The notes under the pieces: model-generated
What the model saw: only the letters and a program-made list of their open reading frames with translations
What the model was told of the DNA's origin: nothing
The model's database searches: none
Source: Nanobdellati archaeon
GTDB lineage: Archaea; EX4484-52; GLR71
DNA: 64,000 nt
NCBI GenBank assembly: GCA_019429125.1
Contig: JAHYJO010000001.1
Span: 1-64,000, forward strand
Direction of reading: 5' to 3'
Translations under genes and position numbers: made by a program
In this document: positions 29,401 to 36,184 of the stretch, piece after piece
Layout: each line of letters begins with the position of its first letter
Position numbering within the stretch: the first letter of the stretch is position 1

Positions 29401-32400
29401 GCCTGACAATTCATTTGTTGCTGCTGGAAATTTTACTATATATTCAATAGGTAATTATAACCTTACAAACATAACATTTGATGTTATTGGGCTTTCAGGT
29501 TTTAATGTTACGTTTAATCCAGTTAATGTATCTGATCTTGGAGCTATTTTGTCTCGTTTGATTTATGTTAATGTTTCTGTACCATTTGCTCAGTCTCCAG
29601 GAAATTATACAGGCTTAATAAATATTACTTCTGTAGATGGGGGATATGATACTGTTGAGATTAATGTAAGTGTCGTGACTAGAAAAGCTTGGGATGTTAC
29701 ACCTAAAACTTGTCTCCGGTCTGAGAATCCTGATACAGGTACCGTGTGTCTTGTCAGTATCATGAATACTGGGAATGTTCCGTTAAATTTTACGATTAAT
29801 CCTGTGGAAATTAATTATACTTCTGTAAATGAAACAAACATGACTGTGTTAAAGGATTCAATATATGTGGTTGAGTTTTTGTATAATGTAACAAATGTGA
29901 CCCGGACATTTTATTATGAGAATTATACGATTAATGTGAATGATGTTGATGTTTTTCCGCAATATTATGATTTTAATATTACGCTTGTCCCTTATGTTGA
30001 GCCTTTATTTTCTGTAAATTTGAGTGAAGTTGTAGCTCAACAGGATACGAGCATTGAAATATTTGTAAATATAACTGACAGGTCTACAACTGGTATAAAT
30101 TGGACAAGGTTGAATGTTACACTGCCAAATGGTACGGTTGAGACTTTTAATATGTCACTTGTTTCGATAAATGGTACAGATAGCTTATGGTTCTTTAATT
30201 ATTCTGGAAACATGTCTGATTTTGTTAATTATACAGATGGCAATGTGTCGCTTAATATTTCTAATTATACAGGTACTACTCTTGCACGAGGTATATATAA
30301 TATGACTATTTCATCACAGGATAATACTGGTGTAATTGGGTTATATAGTAGTAATTTTAAAATATATACAACTTTTGTTATAGGGTTTACTCCAGGGTCA
30401 ACAAAGTATTATCAAGGTTCTTTAGGTATGATATATTATACTGTTACAGATACGAATGGGGATGCTATTGAAGGCGCTAATGTTACGATATCACTTAAAG
30501 ATCCAAATGGTTATGTGATATATATTGAGAATTTTATGATGGATTCAACAGGACAAGTGTCACCTGTGCCGACATTTTCTATCGCTAATGATGCAACAGT
30601 TGGTATTTATAATTTTACTGCGGAAATGACTTATTATGATACTGTCTTGGAGACGAATGTGACAGTTGTTGATAATTCAACGTTTATATTACAATCGGGA
30701 AGTTCAGGTGGAGGTGGCGGTCTCACGGCAGACATTGATACGGGAGTATTGTGGTATCCTGATAATGTTATGCGCTTTGAGATGTGGTTCTCTTATGCAG
30801 GCAATGTCACAGAACCAGATAACATGACACTTTTTGTATATGATCCTGCTGAAAATCTATATTTTAATATAAATCTGAATGATACAAATAATACTGCGCC
30901 CGGACTATATCATTATAAATTTGCAATGCCCATGAGTTCGGCGTCAGGGTATTACTATGCTATTCTTACTGCATCAAAAGAGGGTTTTGTAAGTCAAAAA
31001 GTGAAACCATTTAGGGTGTCTAAAGGAGGACCGTATGATGTCCGTGTGATGTTAATACCACCTAATGAGGTTGAGCGTCAGGATTACGTCAATTTCAATC
31101 TATATATAGAGAATATGGGTGAGGTTACTCAAGATGTATATATTGATTATTGGGTGTCTTTTGGGAATGATACTTATTATTATAACAGTGAGGCGGTTCT
31201 TACTCCTGCTGGTGTAAATGTTACTATTACACGAAGTGCATACATATTTTCAAATCAGCCATTAGGTATAACTACTCTTAATGTTATGGCAACATATGAT
31301 AGTGTACAACCACCTATCATTTCAAATACTACTTTTGAAGTGATTGAAGATGAAATTGTGATTCCACGAAAACCGGATATTCCAGAAGTATCACCACCAT
31401 TACCTACTGGGTGGCCTGAGATACCTGACAATATCGGTGGAGGAAGCAGTTTTCAACCCAATTCTGAATTTGATGAGGAATACAGCATCGATATTGATAC
31501 ATACAATAAAGAAATAAATATCGTGAAAGGATGGACAGATATAAGCGGGATCCGTGTGAGAAATAATGGTTTGGATACAATTAATAATATCACTCTGGAA
31601 CTGACCGGCATACCTATGTCATGGTTTAATATAACACCTAATATGTATGAGACGATACCCTCGGGAAACAGTACCTTATTCCTTATTGAATACAGTGTGC
31701 CTAAAGATGCGAATTCAGGTGTGTATCCTTTTAATCTCATTGCAATATCTAATGAGATATCATCTAGTAAGATGGGGCGACTTATTGTGTTTACATCTAT
31801 TGAAGAGTTGATAAGGCATGATATAGTCAATTTAAAGATTGAGATAAGTAAGATTGAAGAAGATATATATTTCTCTCAACGTATAGGGAAAGAGGTTTCA
31901 CATATATGGAACACGGTTGATCAGGCATGGTCTGAACTTGTCCTTGCGGAAGAAAATGCAGATGCTAAATTATTTGATGATGCACTCCAGAATATACAGG
32001 TGGTTTCTGGACTTGTAAAAAGAGCTAAGATGCTTCTTGAGACATCATCAAAAATTGAAGATCTTGATGATGGGAATATTTGGATTACTGCTTTGAAAGT
32101 GTTAGTTGTTATGGGGCTATTTGCGCTGGTCAGTGTATGGTGGATACGTAAAAAGGATAAGTTCAAGCTAAAAAAATCATTGAATAAATTTAAGAAAAAA
32201 ACATTGAGTAAAGAGGAGATTGAGATACGTCAAAAAGAGTTAATTTATGATAAAACTAAAATTCAAAGAGTATTGAAGCTTTTAGAGCGTGAGTCCAAAG
32301 ATGGAACAATAAATAAAGATGCGTATGATGAATTAAAGAATATTAACGATAAAAAGTTATCTGCAATTGATAAAAAAATAAAAAGTTTGGGCGCCAATAA

Positions 32401-32413
32401 AGGAAGCAAATGA
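26492..32413 (+). CDS. Large membrane-anchored surface glycoprotein (1,973 aa): DUF2341-like N-terminus, Ig-like/NEW3-like domains, helical stalk, TM helix and cytoplasmic helical tail
   Basis: Signal peptide, WFDTDWHFRTNFTI...FDNESIRVIE, LYDDG..HGDEVAYDGIFS, an internal ~223-aa duplication (28343/29012), TM IWITALKVLVVMGLFALVSVWWI and a Lys-rich tail. Confidence 0.88.
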   Translation: MSVKANKQWHIYVVIAVLALMFFSNSVMASFDSYWFDTDWHFRTNFTINNTDYDRDYWPVELDINFTDIMLQSGKNGTFDNESIRVIEHDFSGAVLFEHPFQFDNKIGFNVSTNAVGTIVFLLNGTTNANQIRYIYVYFDTVENTVKVPVSYSTNLVYSWDGEEAHVNNSLFNMKIDTLRGENTSGIYDIYSNNIIFSTSSTNKTKEYTQFSNGTDIFSFDFRNNATFSGGNIKRVMEQTGVETLWNNPGLVTGFGFMKKRYIFYENTSWIKIEQNYTNVGVSSVTRNSTSAGALSVNDISTDEFNGPFRFGDMTNPMSWYGASDGSRGLGLINFNYSSNANFYVKNDTILDRMGIHLDPVVIIPNESVTNTVIMQFNGINYNQAMLESLRNQMAYPPIIVLENNQFIPVTIVPKINYSIYNRNDSVLIIANVTSDKYNVITSMNATVDIGTASTSDDILISLYDDGLSLHGDEVAYDGIFSNIFNPSENSIIGVWDVTVRAFDSFDVVLNEVNVSFNVSDMYNVSINISNPSGLVDRVIYVIITVLNIRDEYIGGVSFNCTYGAGLLTNITDYDNGTYILNFTAPSITGNYILGCNGTKFNNMGNDSQFFNTETSETTIALAVSPQNYTSDNISLLVGDYFEISVNATDVGGANAKYVNISLSLPVNLTANSTFESCGDVFMNLSCVKDFNISIINGTVSGNYTINVSATWLNPNLLTNSTNISFITYVYSNPVIDILGGGLTGVVPDGKNVTLGSFNVDSIGNSDLTNITFNVSGISDFIVIFSPKNISSLSFGSSQPVSVEVIVPQDYVSGNYSGIINISSDNGGWKTVELNLTVPGTTIISLHKTPDNYTSSIISLYSGDSFDVDAIMTNDGISDAKDVNITLSMPQNLSANSTFEQCGRVNDSGYCTEQFNITISAFTVPGNYTFNMTSTWVNPDLSTDSVLLNFTVQVVSNPIIDVIGNISTELPDNSFVAAGNFTIYSIGNYNLTNITFDVIGLSGFNVTFNPVNVSDLGAILSRLIYVNVSVPFAQSPGNYTGLINITSVDGGYDTVEINVSVVTRKAWDVTPKTCLRSENPDTGTVCLVSIMNTGNVPLNFTINPVEINYTSVNETNMTVLKDSIYVVEFLYNVTNVTRTFYYENYTINVNDVDVFPQYYDFNITLVPYVEPLFSVNLSEVVAQQDTSIEIFVNITDRSTTGINWTRLNVTLPNGTVETFNMSLVSINGTDSLWFFNYSGNMSDFVNYTDGNVSLNISNYTGTTLARGIYNMTISSQDNTGVIGLYSSNFKIYTTFVIGFTPGSTKYYQGSLGMIYYTVTDTNGDAIEGANVTISLKDPNGYVIYIENFMMDSTGQVSPVPTFSIANDATVGIYNFTAEMTYYDTVLETNVTVVDNSTFILQSGSSGGGGGLTADIDTGVLWYPDNVMRFEMWFSYAGNVTEPDNMTLFVYDPAENLYFNINLNDTNNTAPGLYHYKFAMPMSSASGYYYAILTASKEGFVSQKVKPFRVSKGGPYDVRVMLIPPNEVERQDYVNFNLYIENMGEVTQDVYIDYWVSFGNDTYYYNSEAVLTPAGVNVTITRSAYIFSNQPLGITTLNVMATYDSVQPPIISNTTFEVIEDEIVIPRKPDIPEVSPPLPTGWPEIPDNIGGGSSFQPNSEFDEEYSIDIDTYNKEINIVKGWTDISGIRVRNNGLDTINNITLELTGIPMSWFNITPNMYETIPSGNSTLFLIEYSVPKDANSGVYPFNLIAISNEISSSKMGRLIVFTSIEELIRHDIVNLKIEISKIEEDIYFSQRIGKEVSHIWNTVDQAWSELVLAEENADAKLFDDALQNIQVVSGLVKRAKMLLETSSKIEDLDDGNIWITALKVLVVMGLFALVSVWWIRKKDKFKLKKSLNKFKKKTLSKEEIEIRQKELIYDKTKIQRVLKLLERESKDGTINKDAYDELKNINDKKLSAIDKKIKSLGANKGSK

Positions 32414-32425
32414 TTAGTGTTTTTT

Positions 32426-32770
32426 TCATTGTTTACACAGATTAACAATTGCTAACTTTTTTCTCATCTCAGATTTATATTCTCTTTTTTCAAAAAACAT
32501 AATTAAGAATATAAGACACATAAAGATAGTTAATATCAGTATGTTTATAGTATGATTAATAAGGTCATTTATTGTGTGGTATATAGCACCTTCGTCTGTG
32601 GAACATAATGTTTTTCCGTTCTGCATGGCAAAGGAATACTCGATTGATGAAGTGCCTTCGAAATCGTTGCAGATGTCTGCGTGTATGGATTCATGAAAAT
32701 ATGTTTGTGTAGAATTGATGAATATGAATATGATGAGTATTACAAGTATCTCTTTTGAAAATTGTTTCAT
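32426..32770 (-). CDS. Small membrane protein with an HExxH motif (putative zincin/M50-like)
   Basis: 114 aa, two hydrophobic segments, YFHESIH directly after the first. It fills the gap between + strand genes. Confidence 0.6.
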   Translation of the reverse strand: MKQFSKEILVILIIFIFINSTQTYFHESIHADICNDFEGTSSIEYSFAMQNGKTLCSTDEGAIYHTINDLINHTINILILTIFMCLIFLIMFFEKREYKSEMRKKLAIVNLCKQ

Positions 32771-32843
32771 AAATATCTTTTAATAGTATGGTGCTTAAAT
32801 AGGTGTATGTTTTTTGTATGATTGATAAATCCTATAATTATTT

Positions 32844-33878
32844 TTGTGGATTATTATGTTGTGGAGTCAGATGAGGTTAAGATATTTTAAAAAACAATTC
32901 TGCTTGGGCAGTCTTATTATATATGTTAGTTTTATGGTATGTTTATTCATCTTTACTAATCCAATTTATGCAAAAGAACTTCAGGTTGGTGTGTCTCCTT
33001 TAATGCTTGATCTTGGAACTGTGAAAAAAGGAGAAAGTGTTGTGGGGTCATTTTTTATTGTGACGTCATCACAAGATGATATTATTGTGAAATTAAAATC
33101 ATCACGTTCTAATTTTGATTTCTTTAAAAAACCTATAAATATAGATATTGTTAATTATGTGTCTGAAGAAGATAGTTCCGGATGGGTTTATTTTCCTGAG
33201 AATCCATATGTTCTCAAATCTACAGAGTATGTGTTAAATACCAAAGGCGGAACAATATCTGATTGGAAAAATGTTAATTTTGTGTTGAATGTCCCTGAGG
33301 ATGCTGAGTCATGCTATCATGCATTTAAGATTGAACCTACACCTTATACAACAAAAGAAGAGGCTAGTTCTGTAAGTATTGTTGCAATGGTAACGATTAC
33401 TGTGAAATTTCAGGTTGCTGGTGGATGTGAGGTCAATGGAAATATATTGGATGTCATGCAGGATACTTCAAGTAAATATATTGATTTAGGTGTATATTTT
33501 AAGAATACAGGTAATGCAACGTTTTCAGCGTATAGTCCTGACGTGATGATATTTTATGAGAATGGCACATTGCTTGATAAGCAACGTTCGGGATATGCTT
33601 ATTTTACTCCTGGAGATATTGGTGTGTTGAATGCACGGTTTGATCCAAAAAAGATTGTTCCTGGTAATTATATTGTAAATACTACAGTATTATATGGTGC
33701 TAATACAACATCAAAACAAGTGCCACTTACTATTGAAAGATCAGTGGTTGCAAAAATATCGACAGTAGTTTCAAAGACACCTGATGGTACTGATAATACT
33801 TTTTGGATATTGCTACTTGCAATAATTCTGATAATTGTTGGCGCCTATAAATTCTATAAGGTCGAAGATAAAAGATAA
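32844..33878 (+). CDS. Secreted two-Ig-domain protein with a C-terminal TM anchor (WxLIP/DUF916-like or chaperone-like architecture)
   Basis: Signal peptide followed by LQVGVSP, VPEDAE, FKNTGN and PGNYIV. C-terminal TM FWILLLAIILIIVGAY followed by K/R. The true start is probably a downstream ATG. Confidence 0.8.
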   Translation: MWIIMLWSQMRLRYFKKQFCLGSLIIYVSFMVCLFIFTNPIYAKELQVGVSPLMLDLGTVKKGESVVGSFFIVTSSQDDIIVKLKSSRSNFDFFKKPINIDIVNYVSEEDSSGWVYFPENPYVLKSTEYVLNTKGGTISDWKNVNFVLNVPEDAESCYHAFKIEPTPYTTKEEASSVSIVAMVTITVKFQVAGGCEVNGNILDVMQDTSSKYIDLGVYFKNTGNATFSAYSPDVMIFYENGTLLDKQRSGYAYFTPGDIGVLNARFDPKKIVPGNYIVNTTVLYGANTTSKQVPLTIERSVVAKISTVVSKTPDGTDNTFWILLLAIILIIVGAYKFYKVEDKR

Positions 33879-33880
33879 AT

Positions 33881-33973
33881 GCTAATAGATGTTAATAGAT
33901 GATAATCTAGAATAATTGATGATAATTGATGATAATTGATGATAATTGATGATAATTGATGATAATTGATGAT
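33881..33973. repeat. 10-bp tandem repeat (GATAATTGAT)n
   Basis: Five perfect copies at 33921-33970, preceded by four degenerate in-register copies. Confidence 0.95.
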
Positions 33974-34019
33974 ATATCTATATTTTTTTGGTTTTTGTTA
34001 ATTATTATTTTATTCAAAC

Positions 34020-34702
34020 TTTGACATTTCTGACTTTTTTGTTTTTTATCGTTTTTTAAACACCTGAATTGGACAGATATTAGTACAGTACTAGATTGCG
34101 TTTTTTATGTTTTTTAACTTATTTTTCAATACCTCATTTGACAATTTGTATTCATAAATCAAAATATGTTATTAGGGGTTTGATATATATTGAAATTCCG
34201 ATTTAATCTATAATAAAAATTAAGAAAATTCATAAAAAGTAGCCAAATGAATTTGACAGTTGGGCTAAAATTTAAAAAAATGATTAAACAAATAGATATT
34301 TATTCGTACTTGTTTAGCAAAAAAATAATCGGCATACTACGATCATCATGATGTGATTTACATACATTATACTTTTTATAAAATCAATAGCTACAGCTTG
34401 AAAATGTGTAGTTAATTTTTGTTAAAAAATATTTACTCCTTTTTTGTAAAATCGATAGCTTGCAAGTAACGTAGAAAATTATAACTTAAAAATATTTCAA
34501 CAAATAATGACCGTATCAAAAAAATCGTAAGCAAGTAAGACAAAATTTAGCTAAACAAGTACATTTATTCTTATTTTTTACCATAAATTAACTTATTTTT
34601 AGTCAAAAAGAAAGAAAATTATATGGAAAATGGAAGTAAAGTACTAAAAATAGCTAACTGTCAAATAGATATTCTGAATGAAATAGTTAACAAACTGTCA
34701 AA
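34020..34702. promoter_or_regulatory. AT-rich non-coding region with inverted TTTGACA(G/A/T)TT boxes and a 13-bp inverted repeat
   Basis: Forward boxes at 34020, 34137 and 34252; reverse boxes (AACTGTCAAA) at 34656 and 34693. GTACTTGTTTAGC at 34306-34318 pairs with GCTAAACAAGTAC at 34550-34562. Confidence 0.55.
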
Positions 34703-34802
34703 CTTAGGTTTCATCTCTAGTTCAGTGGGTAATGTGGGCTCTTGAGAGCAATTATTATGAACCTATATAAGTACTTAAAACCAATAATATTTTGTGTTCT
34801 CT

Positions 34803-35351
34803 ATGAAAAAACAGTCAAAAAACTCAAAAAAAATAAATTTAATTAAATCTTTACCAATAATCATGCTTGCTGTATTGATTGTTTCTTTGTTTGCTATCGT
34901 TTTTCATACACCCTCCTTTGAATCTGATAATCCTGTTAAGAATCATACTGTGCTGTATGAGGAAGGTATGTTTTACACTTATGAGATTAATAAGTATCCC
35001 ACTTCTGTGGAGATAAGTGATATTGATGAACGTAACCTGTCTGTTGGTTTTTCACTTGAGACATCAAGTCTTAATTTCGGGGTAGTTCCTACAGGAGGGA
35101 ATATGGGTAAGAGGTTTTTGACTTTAAAGAATACGCAGGACAGTAAAGCAAAGATGATGTTTGTGGTATATGGTGGTATATCTCCTCTGATAAAGTTTAA
35201 TGATAACGAATTTTATCTTTTGCCCGAAGTTCTTAAAGACATTGAGATTGTGCTTGAGACAAAACAGGACACAATGGTTGGTAATTATTCTGGTGAAATT
35301 AATATTGTTGTCAAAAGGTCAAAATATGAATTTTTAGAATGGTTGTTATGA
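34803..35351 (+). CDS. N-terminally anchored single Ig/pilin-like domain protein
   Basis: Basic N-terminus plus TM, SLNFGVVP, LTLKN and a C-terminal strand GNYSGEINIVV. TATA-like CTATATAA lies ~35 nt upstream of ATG 34803 (ORF track start 34794). Confidence 0.8.
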   Translation: MKKQSKNSKKINLIKSLPIIMLAVLIVSLFAIVFHTPSFESDNPVKNHTVLYEEGMFYTYEINKYPTSVEISDIDERNLSVGFSLETSSLNFGVVPTGGNMGKRFLTLKNTQDSKAKMMFVVYGGISPLIKFNDNEFYLLPEVLKDIEIVLETKQDTMVGNYSGEINIVVKRSKYEFLEWLL

Positions 35352-35359
35352 GGGTGTAG

Positions 35360-36178
35360 TTGATGCTTAAGGATAAATATTTTTCATTTTATTATGTTTC
35401 TGTTATTTTGTTATCTATATTTTTTTTATGTACTTCTTTGGTGTACAGTGCGGAAATAAATGTTAATGTGGCTGAACATTTAGATACTGTATTAAAAGAG
35501 ATTGATTGCTGCAAGTTAAATGATAAAGTAATGACTGCCAGTTTTGATGTGTTTAATTCCGGAAGTATTGCATATGCTGCGCGCATAAGGCTTGATGTGT
35601 TTGATGAGGATAATGATAAGAAGATTACATCTGTTTGGAGTAGCAGTTCCGAATTTAATCCTGGACAGAGAGATAGCATCAGTCTTTATTGGTATGAGCC
35701 GTCAGACACTACACGTATTGCAAAAGTAAGACTTTATAGGGGATATGATATTTTAAATCTTGAAGAGATTACTTGGCGGTTTAATAAGTCAGTTGAATCT
35801 CAATTATCAAAAGGGTTCGGAGAGTTTGCAGATTCTGATAATATTTTTGGAAATATTAATTTTGAGGATGTTCGGGTTTATGAGCATAATATAAGATTTA
35901 AGATAACAGCAGATGAAGACATTGAAAAAGTAATAGTCTATCCAGTACAATACAAAGAGGGATGGATTTTTGAACAGACTGTTGTAGAGGATGTCATTGC
36001 GGATAAACCAAGAATTGTGGATGTCAATTATGATACTGGTTTTTTCTATGAAAATGAAATAACGTTGGTTGCGGTAAGTTCTGATGGCGAATATTACGGT
36101 GAACAGAAGGTGTTACTTAAGAAAGAGTCAGGTATCCGAAAATGGTTGAATCTTTTTGTAGATATGTTGAAGATATAA
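35360..36178 (+). CDS. Secreted Ig-like protein (272 aa)
   Basis: Signal peptide, FNSGS and beta-strand pattern. Ends in an amphipathic helix GIRKWLNLFVDMLKI. Tightly packed with its neighbours. Confidence 0.8.
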   Translation: MMLKDKYFSFYYVSVILLSIFFLCTSLVYSAEINVNVAEHLDTVLKEIDCCKLNDKVMTASFDVFNSGSIAYAARIRLDVFDEDNDKKITSVWSSSSEFNPGQRDSISLYWYEPSDTTRIAKVRLYRGYDILNLEEITWRFNKSVESQLSKGFGEFADSDNIFGNINFEDVRVYEHNIRFKITADEDIEKVIVYPVQYKEGWIFEQTVVEDVIADKPRIVDVNYDTGFFYENEITLVAVSSDGEYYGEQKVLLKKESGIRKWLNLFVDMLKI

Positions 36179-36184
36179 TATGGG

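Noticed and set aside
33881-33973. CRISPR array
   Set aside because: Contiguous 10-bp units with no spacers and no cas genes.
33879-34793. Firm call of a replication origin
   Set aside because: No cdc6/orc1 nearby, no canonical G-string ORB, and the + strand looks G/T-rich on both sides by eye. Kept only as one hypothesis.
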